Assembly: GCA_044446425.1 (NCBI GenBank)
Contig: JBIOEW010000018.1
Span: 4,110-68,109, forward strand
Length of the DNA stretch: 64,000 bases
Reading direction: 5' to 3'
From: Solirubrobacterales bacterium
Lineage (GTDB): Bacteria; Actinomycetota; Thermoleophilia; Solirubrobacterales; Solirubrobacteraceae
Under the pieces are notes generated by a model. It saw nothing but the letters and a program-made list of their open reading frames with translations, searched no databases and was not told the DNA's origin. Position numbers and translations under genes: made by a program. Positions 19,631 through 28,760 of this stretch are shown in pieces (the stretch's first letter is position 1; every line of letters begins with the position of its first letter).

Positions 19631-19730
19631 AGGTGAGGATGCCGGCGCGAGCGCTGACGGATCGGATCGCGACGGAGAGGGCCGCAACCGGGGACGGGCT
19701 GTGGCCAGGACGGGTGAGGCCCGACGTGTA

Positions 19731-19820
19731 CGGAGGGGGAGGGATTCGAACCCTCGTCGGAGGAATCTCCCCCGAAACGGTTTTCGAGACCGCCGCATTC
19801 AACCGCTCTGCCACCCCTCC
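19731..19820 (-). tRNA. tRNA-Ser(CGA)
   Basis: Reverse complement GGAGGGGTGGCAGAGCGGTTGAATGCGGCGGT-CTCGAAA-ACCGTTTCGGGGGAGATTCCTCCGACGAGGGTTCGAATCCCTCCCCCTCCG; anticodon CGA, long variable arm, TTCGAAT T-loop; CCA not encoded. Confidence 0.96.
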
Positions 19821-19926
19821 ACGACCTCGCGCGGAGGACAGGCGCGTGATCTTAGTCGAGCGGCGTAACGCTCCGGGGGCGGCGTCGGCGAACTGCGAGA
19901 TCGCGCGCGGGCACCGGCGGCGCTGC

Positions 19927-20394
19927 TCAGCGACGGCGCGAGGCGAAGAAGTCGCTCAGCAGCCGGCCGCACTCGGGGGCGAGCAGCCCGGAGAGCACTT
20001 CGGGGCGGTGGTTCAGCCGGGCCTCGGCGGGCACGTCGAGCACGCTGCCGCAGGCACCCGCCTTGGGATCTGTCGCGCCGTAGACGACGCGCGGCACCCG
20101 CGCGAGCACGATCGCCCCGGCGCACATGGCGCACGGCTCGAGCGTGACGTACAGCGTCGCGTCGAGCACGCGCCAGCTACCGAGCGCGCGCGCCGCCTCG
20201 CGTAGCGCGAGGATCTCGGCGTGCGCCGTCGGGTCCTGGCGCAGCTCTCGCTCGTTGTGGGCTGCCGCCAGCAACTCGCCGTCGCGCACGACGACGGCGC
20301 CGATCGGAACATCCTCGTGTGTACGTGCCTGCTCGGCCTCGCGCAAGGCGAGGCGCATGAAGTAGTCCTCGTCTGGAAAGAGGGGATCGGTCAT
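19927..20394 (-). CDS. tadA: tRNA adenosine(34) deaminase
   Basis: MRLALREA, VPIGAVVV, DPTAHAE, TLEPCAMCAGA, DPKAGA, LNH; start ATG 20394. Confidence 0.93.
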   Translation of the reverse strand: MTDPLFPDEDYFMRLALREAEQARTHEDVPIGAVVVRDGELLAAAHNERELRQDPTAHAEILALREAARALGSWRVLDATLYVTLEPCAMCAGAIVLARVPRVVYGATDPKAGACGSVLDVPAEARLNHRPEVLSGLLAPECGRLLSDFFASRRR

Positions 20395-20471
20395 CGATCT
20401 CGCCGGAGCCCCTGCGACAGTGCTGCCGCCTGCGGAACTCGCCAGCATCATCATTATCCGAGAAGCGGCCG

Positions 20472-21878
20472 ATGACTCTACGGGTACAAATGCTCCCCAC
20501 CTCTACCTCCACCCGAGCCCGCGCGCGGGGGTTCGCATTCGCATGCTGCGCGATGGTCGCCGTGCTGCCGGTCGCCTCGGCACGCGCCGCCTCCGCCTCC
20601 TACGCCCCCGACCGGATCCTCGTCAAGTACGCGACCGCGACCCCGGCCCGCGCCCGCGCGACCGCCGCGCACGGGGCGGGCGCCGGCGCCTGGAGCGTGA
20701 CCGCCCCGCACACGCGCCTCTTGCGGCTCGCCCCCGGCGTCAGCGTCGGCGTCGCGCTGCGCGCGCTGCGCAGACGCTCCGACATCGCCTGGGCGGTGCC
20801 CGACTACCGCGCGCACGCGGCCGGGCTGATCCCCAACGATGTCGGCGGCGGCACGCAACCGGGAGACTGGCAGCAGCTGCAGTGGAACTTCTCAGGTCCG
20901 TTCGGCGTCAACGCGCCACAGGCGTGGTCGAACGTCGCCGCTGACGGCGCGCCCGGCGGCAAAGGGGTCGTCGTCGCCGTGCTCGACACCGGCGTGGCCT
21001 ACGCGACGCACGGGCGCTTCCCGCGCTCGCCCGACTTCTCCCGGTACGGCTTCACGGGCGGCTATGACTTCATCGCCGACAACCGCTTCCCCAACGATCG
21101 CAACGGCCACGGGACGTTCGTCGCGGGGACGATCGCCGAGGCCACCGACAACCACTACGGATTGACGGGACTGGCGTTCGCGGCGCGGATCATGCCGGTG
21201 CGCGTGCTCGACAGCCAGGGCGAAGGCGAAGCCTCGACGATCGCCGAAGGAGTCCGCTACGCGGTCAAGCACGGCGCGCAGGTGATCAATCTCAGCCTCG
21301 AGTTCTCAAGCAACGTCACCGCCGCCGACATACCGGAGCTGATCGAAGCGCTGCGCTACGCGCGCCGCCGTGGCGTACTCGTCGTCGCCGCGGCCGGCAA
21401 CGAGGCACACACCGCGATCGCCTATCCAGCCCGCGCGTCGGACGTGATCGCCGTCGGTGCGACGACGGAACACGGCTGCCTCGCCGACTACTCCAACGAC
21501 GGCTCGGGGCTGACGCTGGTCGCGCCCGGCGGCGGTGCCGACGCCAACCTGCCCGGCGACCCGAACTGCCGTCCCGAAGGCCCGCCCGGACGCGACGTCT
21601 TCCAGGTGACCTTCACAGGCGCCTCGCCGCGGCGCTTCGGCATGCCCGGCGGCTACGAAGGGACCTCGATGGCGGCGCCGCACGTCTCGGCTACGGCCGC
21701 GCTGATCATCGCCAGTGGCGTGCTCGGCCGACACCCCACGCCGGCGCAGATCGTCGCGCGGCTGCGCGCAACGGCGCGCAAGCTCGGCGGCGGCGGCGAC
21801 GAAGCGCTGTACGGCGCCGGGCTCGTCGACGCGGCCGCGGCAACGGCACCTGGTGGACCGGGCGCCGTGCCGCGATAG
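20472..21878 (+). CDS. Secreted S8 subtilisin-like serine protease
   Basis: Signal peptide and prodomain; VAVLDTG, HGTFVAG, AAAGN, GTSMAAPHV catalytic motifs. Confidence 0.92.
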   Translation: MTLRVQMLPTSTSTRARARGFAFACCAMVAVLPVASARAASASYAPDRILVKYATATPARARATAAHGAGAGAWSVTAPHTRLLRLAPGVSVGVALRALRRRSDIAWAVPDYRAHAAGLIPNDVGGGTQPGDWQQLQWNFSGPFGVNAPQAWSNVAADGAPGGKGVVVAVLDTGVAYATHGRFPRSPDFSRYGFTGGYDFIADNRFPNDRNGHGTFVAGTIAEATDNHYGLTGLAFAARIMPVRVLDSQGEGEASTIAEGVRYAVKHGAQVINLSLEFSSNVTAADIPELIEALRYARRRGVLVVAAAGNEAHTAIAYPARASDVIAVGATTEHGCLADYSNDGSGLTLVAPGGGADANLPGDPNCRPEGPPGRDVFQVTFTGASPRRFGMPGGYEGTSMAAPHVSATAALIIASGVLGRHPTPAQIVARLRATARKLGGGGDEALYGAGLVDAAAATAPGGPGAVPR

Positions 21879-21890
21879 CGGACGGCGAGC

Positions 21891-23123
21891 GTGTCCGACC
21901 CGGCACCCGCGCGATGCGACCTGGCCGTGATCGGCGGCGGCATCGTCGGACTCGCGGTAGCGCGCGAGCTGGCACGCCGCCATCCACGCGCCTCGCTTTG
22001 CGTGCTCGAGCGCGAACAGCGGCTGGCGACGCACCAGAGCGGCCACAGCTCGGGCGTGATCCACGCCGGCATCTACTACCGCCCGGGCTCACTGAAGGCG
22101 CGGCTGTGCGTCGACGGAGCGCGCGCGCTGTACGCGTACTGCGAAGAGCGCGGGATCGCGCACGAGCGCTGCGGCAAGCTGGTCCTCGCGACCGACGCCT
22201 CGCAGCTGGCTGCACTCGACGAGCTCGCGCGGCGCGGGCGAGCCAACGGCGTGGCCGGCTTGCGCCGGCTGGACGGCGCCGAGCTGGAGCAGGTCGAGCC
22301 GCACGCGCGCGCGCTCGCCGCGCTGCACTCGCCGGACACGGGAGTGGTCGACTTCCGCGCCGTCGCACACGCGTATGCAGACGACGTGGCCGAAGCGGGC
22401 GGATCGGTCGCGCTCGGCTGCGGCGTGACGGCGGTGGACGTGCGAGCACGAGCGCTGCGCCTGTCCCATGCCGGCGGCCAGACCGAAGCAAGGAACGCGA
22501 TCTTCTGCGCCGGAGCGTGGTCTGACCGGCTCGCGATCGCGGCCGGCGCGGGCGCCGATCCCCGCATCGTCCCCTTTCGCGGCGCCTACCTGCGGCTGCT
22601 GCCCGAGCGTCGCGAGCTGGTTCGCTCGCTGATCTATCCGACGCCGCACCCCTCGCTGCCGTTCCTCGGGGTGCACCTGACGAGGCATCTCGACGGCGAC
22701 GTGACGATCGGCCCGACGGCGCTTGTCGTGGGTGCGCGCGACGCATACGACCTGCGCAAGCTGCGGCGCGAGGATCTGCACGACACGCTCGCATGGCCCG
22801 GGACATGGCGGATGCTCGCTCGCACCTGGCCGGCGGCGCTGGGCGAGCTGCGCCGCTCGGTCTCGCGCGGCGCGCTCGTCGCAGCCGCGCGCCGCCTCGT
22901 CCCGGCGCTCGCGCTCGAGGATTTCGAGCCGCGGAGCAGCTTCGCCGGGGTGCGCGCGCAAGCGCTCGCGCGCGATGGGCGCCTGCTGGACGACTTCGCC
23001 TTCACGGTCGGCGCACGGGCGCTGCACGTGCGCAACGCGCCCTCGCCGGCCGCAACGGCGTCGCTGGCGATCGCTCGGCACATATGCGAGCAGGCCGAGC
23101 GCACGCTCGCGCTGGGAGCGTGA
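21891..23123 (+). CDS. lhgO: L-2-hydroxyglutarate oxidase-like FAD oxidoreductase
   Basis: IGGGIVG, HQSGHSSGVIHAGIYY.PGSLKA, PFRG, PFLGVHLTR, GVRAQA, NAPSPAATASLAI. Confidence 0.88.
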   Translation: MSDPAPARCDLAVIGGGIVGLAVARELARRHPRASLCVLEREQRLATHQSGHSSGVIHAGIYYRPGSLKARLCVDGARALYAYCEERGIAHERCGKLVLATDASQLAALDELARRGRANGVAGLRRLDGAELEQVEPHARALAALHSPDTGVVDFRAVAHAYADDVAEAGGSVALGCGVTAVDVRARALRLSHAGGQTEARNAIFCAGAWSDRLAIAAGAGADPRIVPFRGAYLRLLPERRELVRSLIYPTPHPSLPFLGVHLTRHLDGDVTIGPTALVVGARDAYDLRKLRREDLHDTLAWPGTWRMLARTWPAALGELRRSVSRGALVAAARRLVPALALEDFEPRSSFAGVRAQALARDGRLLDDFAFTVGARALHVRNAPSPAATASLAIARHICEQAERTLALGA

Positions 23124-23142
23124 GAGCGCCCGGCGGGCGCCG

Positions 23143-24330
23143 GTGAGCGGTGCAGGTGTTAGCCTTCGCGCGGTGGCATCGGCTGCCGGTCTTCGCGTGC
23201 TGGGCGTATCGGTGCCCGATGTCAGCGACTGGCGCGAGCCCACGCCGCAGGGTCAGTGGTCGTTGTTCTTCGCCGCCCTCGCAGAGCGTTTCGCGTTGAT
23301 CGACGTAGTCCGTCCGGAGCTCTCCGATGTGCAGCGCTATGTCAACTTCGCCCGCACCTTCAACCCGGACAAGAAGCGCTGGAAAGCGACCGCCGGCTTC
23401 AACGAGTCGGTCGCGACGAAGCGGACCCAGGCCGTCGAGCGGGCGCTCGAGCGCCATCGCGGGCGCTTCGATTTGATCGTTCAGGTGCAGACCGTATGCG
23501 GGCCGGGCTCGGAGCGAGACGGCGTGCCATACGTCATCTACACCGACAACACGATGGCGCTGACCCAGCGCTACTACCCGGCCTGGGCAGCGCTCTCGCC
23601 GCGCCGCGCCGAGTGGTGGATGCATTACGAGGCGCAGGTCTGTCGTTCGGCCGAGGCCGTGTTCACCTTCAGCGAGTTCGCCCGGCGATCGGTGATCGAC
23701 GACTACGGCGACTCGCCCGAGCACGTGACGGCGATCGGCGCCGGCGCCAACCAGTGGCTCGATGAGCTGGGCCAGAAGGACTACTCCTCCGGCCGCGCAT
23801 TGTTCGTCGGGGTCGACTTCGAGCGCAAGGGCGGCGCGGTGCTACTCGACGCCTGGCGACGCGTACGCGAGCGCCTGCCCGACGCCGAGCTGCTCATCGC
23901 GGGGCCGCGAGATCGGCCCCCGGAGGCACTGCCGCCCGGCGTCGACTGGATCGGATGGGTCGACCGCGCGGGGCTCGCTGAGCTGTATCGGTCCGCCTCG
24001 GCGTTCGTGCTGCCCTCGACCTTCGATCCGTGTCCCAACGTGTTCCGTGAGGCGATGGGCTACGGCCTGCCGTGCGTAGGCACGGACTGCTGCGCGATAC
24101 CGGAGATCATCGAGGACGGCAGGACCGGCCGGATCGTGCCGATCGGCGAGCCGCAGGCGCTCGCGGCGGCGCTGATCGAGCTGCTCTCCGATCCGGCCGG
24201 GGCTGAGACGATCGGGCGCGCTGCTCATGCCGAGGTACTCGCGGAAGGGCGCTGGAGCAACGTCGTCGATCGTCTCGCCGAGCGACTCGAGCACGACGTC
24301 CACCCGACGGCCGAGCGTGGCCATGTCTAG
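23143..24330 (+). CDS. Glycosyltransferase family 4
   Basis: FVGVDFERKGG, FVLPSTFDPCPNVFREAMGYGLP, IPEIIEDGRTG; start chosen at GTG 23143, after the lhgO stop. Confidence 0.88.
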   Translation: MSGAGVSLRAVASAAGLRVLGVSVPDVSDWREPTPQGQWSLFFAALAERFALIDVVRPELSDVQRYVNFARTFNPDKKRWKATAGFNESVATKRTQAVERALERHRGRFDLIVQVQTVCGPGSERDGVPYVIYTDNTMALTQRYYPAWAALSPRRAEWWMHYEAQVCRSAEAVFTFSEFARRSVIDDYGDSPEHVTAIGAGANQWLDELGQKDYSSGRALFVGVDFERKGGAVLLDAWRRVRERLPDAELLIAGPRDRPPEALPPGVDWIGWVDRAGLAELYRSASAFVLPSTFDPCPNVFREAMGYGLPCVGTDCCAIPEIIEDGRTGRIVPIGEPQALAAALIELLSDPAGAETIGRAAHAEVLAEGRWSNVVDRLAERLEHDVHPTAERGHV

Positions 24331-25345
24331 GCGCTTCGCCGGAGCGCTCTTCGCGCTCGTGCCGGCGTACGCCTGCATGGCCTACGCGAGCGCCTCCGCC
24401 GCGCCGTGCCGTCTGGTGGCGGCGACGAGCGGCTCGGACCGCAACAAGGGCACGCTCGCGCAGCCGCTGCGGACGGTGCAGCGGCTGGCCGACAAGCTCA
24501 AGTCGGGCCAGCTCGGATGCGTCCGTGGCGGCGTCTACCAGGAAGAACTGAGGATCAACCACGGCGGCCGCAGCGCCGCCAAGAGGCTGACGATCGAGAG
24601 CTACGGCGGCGAACGCGCGACGCTGGTCGGGCGCATCTACATCCCCCAGGGCTCGAGCCACGTGACGATCGCGCAGATGAACCTCAACGGGCGCAACGGC
24701 TCGAAGCTCCCGTCGCCCACGGTCGACAGCGAAGACGCCGTATTCAGCCGCGACGACGTCACCAACGAACACACGGGGATCTGCTTCATCCTCGGCTCCA
24801 ACAGCTACGGTCGCGCCGAGCGGACGACCATCGACGGCAACCGGATTCACGACTGCGGCATCGAACCGTCGCACAACCAGGACCACGGGATCTACCTGTC
24901 CGCGTCCGACGGCGTGAGGATCACCGACAACGTCATCTTCAGAAATGTCGATCGTGGCATCCAGCTGTTCCCCGACGCCCAGGGCACCGTGATCGAACAC
25001 AACGTGATCGACGGCAACGGCGAGGGCGTCCTGTTCTCCGGCGACGGGGCCACGTCGAGCAACACGCGCGTCGAGTTCAACCTGATAACCAACTCCAAGC
25101 TCCGCTACGACGTCGAAAGCTACTACCCGAACGGCACGCCTCCAGGCACCAACAACATCGTCAGGAACAACTGCGTGTTCGGCGGCGCTCAGGGCACGAT
25201 CGGCAGTCAAAAGGGCTATATGGCGACGCTCAACAAAGCGGTCGACCCGCAATACGCGAACCCGGCCGTCGGCAACTTCTCGATTCCGCAGGGCAACCGC
25301 TGTGCCGGCTACCTCGCCGCCGCGACCCCGCTGGCCCACTTCTGA
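24323..25345 (+). CDS. Secreted right-handed parallel beta-helix protein (polysaccharide lyase/hydrolase-like)
   Basis: Signal peptide; GSDRNKGTLAQPLRTV cap; Asn-ladder repeats (NRIHDCG, HGIYLS, NVIFRN, NVIDGN). Confidence 0.8.
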   Translation: MSRRFAGALFALVPAYACMAYASASAAPCRLVAATSGSDRNKGTLAQPLRTVQRLADKLKSGQLGCVRGGVYQEELRINHGGRSAAKRLTIESYGGERATLVGRIYIPQGSSHVTIAQMNLNGRNGSKLPSPTVDSEDAVFSRDDVTNEHTGICFILGSNSYGRAERTTIDGNRIHDCGIEPSHNQDHGIYLSASDGVRITDNVIFRNVDRGIQLFPDAQGTVIEHNVIDGNGEGVLFSGDGATSSNTRVEFNLITNSKLRYDVESYYPNGTPPGTNNIVRNNCVFGGAQGTIGSQKGYMATLNKAVDPQYANPAVGNFSIPQGNRCAGYLAAATPLAHF

Positions 25346-25562
25346 TCGACCCGACGCCGATCGGCGACTGCGCCGTCGTTGGAGCGTCTGCGGCGCGCCT
25401 ACGCGACCGCACGCAGGCGCGCCACTGAAGCACGAGCTGCTCGCCGGCGAGCTTTGAGGGCCGTCTGTGCCGGCAGCGGCGTCTGCTCGGTGAGCAGCGC
25501 CCCGCCGGCGTCACCGGTCACAACCGTCGAGGCGAACAGCAGGCGCGGTACGCGAGCGAGTC

Positions 25563-25751
25563 GCCGAAGCAAACGGTGAATTGCACGTTCCCGGCGGAGA
25601 TACTCGAAACCTGAAACCCGACGGATTCGGTCGTAGTGGTGAACGCGGGCGCGCTCGCGCCGTTCACAGTAAACGGTCTGACCGTATTTACGAGTGGACC
25701 AACGCGGCGGACTTTCCCAGTCGCTGTCTCATACCCATCGAGATAATTATT
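25563..25751 (-). pseudogene. Decayed fragment of a YncE-like beta-propeller gene, paralogous to 34780-36006
   Basis: NNYLDGYETATGKVRRVGPLVNTVRPFTVNG...AFTTTTESVGFQVSSISAG aligns with HDYLEVADTATNRVVQNVGPLRSGVRPFTINGRQTLAFTTATGFLGFQVSSIASG; lower GC; flanks not homologous. Confidence 0.75.
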
Positions 25752-25791
25752 TTCGAGATCCCGCTCATCAGGCCCGCGAAGCACTTCACCC

Positions 25792-26649
25792 CTACGGCTT
25801 CCTTGCACGAACGACATAATGCCAGCCCGTCCACTGCAGGACCGGCACGCCGCGATCGGCGAGTCGTTGCAGGCGTTCGTCGATACGCATGCCCCGTTGC
25901 TCGGCGAAGATCTCCTTGCCGAGGAAGGAGATCGGGCCGAAGCCGACCGTCCTGCGTTCGATCGTGCGCATCCCGCCCTCGCCCAGCAGCCGCTCGATCC
26001 GGGCGGGGAAGTCCAGCCGGGACATCGCCACCCCCGGGCGCTTGCGCAGCTTGTGGTAGAGCCTGCGCAGCGGCGTCCGTGCGAGGATTTCGCGCGGGTC
26101 GGTGAACGAGGTCAGGCGGGCGCCGTTGTCTGCGGTGACAACGAGCTGGCCGTTCTCACCCAGCACCCGTGCCATCTCGCGCACGGCCGATGCCGGCGTG
26201 TGCAGCCATGGCAGCACGCCGACTGCGACGACGAGCTCGAACGTCCCGTCGGGGAAGGGCAGTGCGTGCACGTCGGCGACTGCGACGTGCACCGACTCGG
26301 CGAAGCCCGCTCGGCGCGCGCGCTCGGCGGTCAGCTCGACCATCCCCGGACTGGCGTCGATCGCCTCGAGCAGCAGCCCGCGCTCGGCGAGTTGCATCGT
26401 CAGATGACCGGCGCCACAGCCGATCTCCAACACGCGCGCCCCGGCGGGCAAGGCTGCCGCGTCGATATAGGAGAGCACGGCGGCCTGGCGATTGCGGTAG
26501 ATACGACCCTGCACGCCTTCTTCGCGGTAGACCTCATCCCAGTATGCTACGGTCGAATCGAAGTGCGTGTTAACGTTTTTCTGAATGCCCGCAGGCGCCG
26601 TTTCACCAGCCTGCCGCTCGATCTCACTGTCACTGTCCGGACTGCCCAT
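25792..26649 (-). CDS. Class I SAM-dependent methyltransferase
   Basis: VLEIGCGAG, IDASPGM, ADVHALPFPDGTFELV, EMARVL; start chosen at ATG 26649 (ORF open to 26781). Confidence 0.88.
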   Translation of the reverse strand: MGSPDSDSEIERQAGETAPAGIQKNVNTHFDSTVAYWDEVYREEGVQGRIYRNRQAAVLSYIDAAALPAGARVLEIGCGAGHLTMQLAERGLLLEAIDASPGMVELTAERARRAGFAESVHVAVADVHALPFPDGTFELVVAVGVLPWLHTPASAVREMARVLGENGQLVVTADNGARLTSFTDPREILARTPLRRLYHKLRKRPGVAMSRLDFPARIERLLGEGGMRTIERRTVGFGPISFLGKEIFAEQRGMRIDERLQRLADRGVPVLQWTGWHYVVRARKP

Positions 26650-26795
26650 ATTCCACCGTTCGCCGAGTAGGTAGGTTTGCACCGGATTAAGCACGAAGCT
26701 CGCTGCGCCGGAGCGTCGCGCATCGAGTCTAGCGTCCGGCACCGACAGCGCACGCATGTAGGACCCGCGTTCGTCGCACACCGGCTGGAGATGCA

Positions 26796-27992
26796 GTGAA
26801 CACTGCGACGCCGATCGTCATCTTCGGCCTGAGTCGTGGCATCTTTCACCACGGTGCGCTCGGCATCGCGCGCTCGGCGGGCAGGCTCGGGATCCCGGTG
26901 CACCGGATCGCGCGCGAGCGATCGGCGCCGGCCCGCCTGTCGCGTTACAGCCGAGGCTGGTCTCGCATACCGGACGGCGCGAGCACTGCCGAGATCCTCC
27001 AGTTCCTGCACGAGCGCAGCAGCAGCGTCGGCCGGGCGCTGCTGATTCCGATCGATGACGCGGCGAGCGTGTTCGTCGACGAGCACGCCCAGGCACTCGA
27101 GTCCGACTTCCTGTTTCCCCGTCAACCGGCCGGCCTGGCCCAGGCCCTCTCGAGCAAGCGTGAAATGTATGAGCTGTGCATGGAGCACGGGATTCCGACT
27201 CCGGCCTCGGCGTTCCCCAAGTCAGAAGCCGAGCTCTTGGAGTACGCCGGGCGTGGCGACTTTCCCACCGTGTTGAAGTGCATCAACGCCGGCGACGCCC
27301 CGCCCAGCGCCCCGCGTGTGGCGATCGTCGAGGACCGCGATCAGCTGCTCGCCGCCTACCGCCGGATGGAGTCGCCCGGCGGTCCAAATCTGATGATCCA
27401 GGAATACGTCCCGGGCAAGCCCGAAACGATCTGGATGTTCAACGGCTACTTCGATGGGCAATCGGCATGCCGGGTGGGCTTCACGGGCAAGAAGATCAGG
27501 CAGACGCCGCCGTACACGGGCGCGACGACGCTCGGCGTCTGCCTGCCGAACCCGACCGTCGAAGACGCGACCGTGCGCCTGATGGCGGCCGTCGGCTACC
27601 AGGGCATCCTCGACATCGGCTACCGCTTAGATCAGCGCGACGGCCAGTACAAGCTGCTCGACGTCAATCCCCGCATCGGCGGCACCTTCAGGCTGTTCGT
27701 CGGCGAGAACGGACTCGACGTGCTGCGCACGATGTACCTCGACCTCACCGGGCAGGAGGTGCCTTCGACGACGCTCTCCGAGGGCCGCCGGTGGATCGTC
27801 GAGCCATGGGACCTGGCGTCGTCGCTCACCTACCGGCGGCGTGGGGACATCACGCTTGGCGAGTGGCTGCGCTCGCTGCGCCACGTACGCGAGGACGCGT
27901 GGTTCGCCGCCGACGATCCGTTGCCGTTCCTCGCCCTGTGGGCCGGGCTTGCGCTGTACTGGCTGCCCCGGCGACTGCTCTCGCGTCGTTAG
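26796..27992 (+). CDS. ATP-grasp carboxylate-amine ligase (D-aspartate-ligase-like family)
   Basis: LGIARSAGRLGIPV, LIPIDD, SKREMY...GIPTP, IQEYVPG, KIRQTPP..G, YRLDQRDGQYKLLDVNPR, DDPLP. Confidence 0.85.
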   Translation: MNTATPIVIFGLSRGIFHHGALGIARSAGRLGIPVHRIARERSAPARLSRYSRGWSRIPDGASTAEILQFLHERSSSVGRALLIPIDDAASVFVDEHAQALESDFLFPRQPAGLAQALSSKREMYELCMEHGIPTPASAFPKSEAELLEYAGRGDFPTVLKCINAGDAPPSAPRVAIVEDRDQLLAAYRRMESPGGPNLMIQEYVPGKPETIWMFNGYFDGQSACRVGFTGKKIRQTPPYTGATTLGVCLPNPTVEDATVRLMAAVGYQGILDIGYRLDQRDGQYKLLDVNPRIGGTFRLFVGENGLDVLRTMYLDLTGQEVPSTTLSEGRRWIVEPWDLASSLTYRRRGDITLGEWLRSLRHVREDAWFAADDPLPFLALWAGLALYWLPRRLLSRR

Positions 27993-28028
27993 GCCGCTGC
28001 GCCGCAGCAGCGGGCGTGGCGCGCGCAG

Positions 28029-28742
28029 CTAGGCGCGAACTGCGAGCGGGCGGACCTCGTCCTGCTCGATCACAAAGACCGAGTCGAGATCGTCGATCCG
28101 CTCGAGCACGAACGAGAGGTCCTCGTGCTGGTCGGTGTCGCGCAGGTATCTCGCGCTCGCGCCGTCGAGGATCGCCTCGACCGGCGCCTCGCCCCAGCGA
28201 TCGATCACCTCCTCGGTCAACCGGTCGGCCACCGTGTAGCCGGCCTGCGCGAGCGCGCGGCCGACGCGGGCCGCGCAAAGCTGATCCTCCTCGCGGAATT
28301 CACCTCTGCTGTCGGCGCCGAGGACGCGCACGTCGCACCCCTGCTCGGCCAGGTGGCCGGCGAGCGCGGTCACGTTGCGCAGACAGCCCGGGAAGGTCCG
28401 CGCGCGGCGCATCGCCTCGGCCATCAAGCGCGTGCCGGACGTCGAGAGCAAGATGATCGGCCGCTCGGACCCCTCCAACGCCTCCATCTGCGTCGGGCTG
28501 TTCTGCAGGTCGAAGCCGTAGGGCTGCACGCCGCCGAGCTCGCCCGCGAGGATCGGCCGATCGAGGTCGGCCGCGAGGCGCACGGCGGCCTCGATCGAGC
28601 CCGCCGGATAGACCTGCCTTCCGATCGCGGCAGCCGTCACGGCGGTCGTCGTCGCGCGAATCACGTCCACGGCGACGATCACCTCCTCGCCTTCGAGTGG
28701 CGCGAGGTGCTCGTGAAAGCAGTCGATCGCTACGTTCGGCAT
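28029..28742 (-). CDS. comB: 2-phosphosulfolactate phosphatase family
   Basis: VAVDVIRATTT, LAGELGG...GFDLQNSP, STSGTR, CLRN, EDQLCA. Confidence 0.88.
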   Translation of the reverse strand: MPNVAIDCFHEHLAPLEGEEVIVAVDVIRATTTAVTAAAIGRQVYPAGSIEAAVRLAADLDRPILAGELGGVQPYGFDLQNSPTQMEALEGSERPIILLSTSGTRLMAEAMRRARTFPGCLRNVTALAGHLAEQGCDVRVLGADSRGEFREEDQLCAARVGRALAQAGYTVADRLTEEVIDRWGEAPVEAILDGASARYLRDTDQHEDLSFVLERIDDLDSVFVIEQDEVRPLAVRA

Positions 28743-28760
28743 CTCAGTCGGCGCCCGCGC

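Noticed and set aside
19500-19730. SRP RNA (ffs), often near tRNA-Ser in Actinomycetota
   Set aside because: The conserved CAGG..CGGAAG..AGCAGC core was not found on either strand.
19731-19760. Prophage or integrative element attachment at tRNA-Ser
   Set aside because: No duplicate of the tRNA 3' end and no integrase or phage genes seen in the window.
25518-25817. Intact 99-aa protein
   Set aside because: Only the central part is homologous to the beta-propeller gene; treated as a pseudogene fragment.
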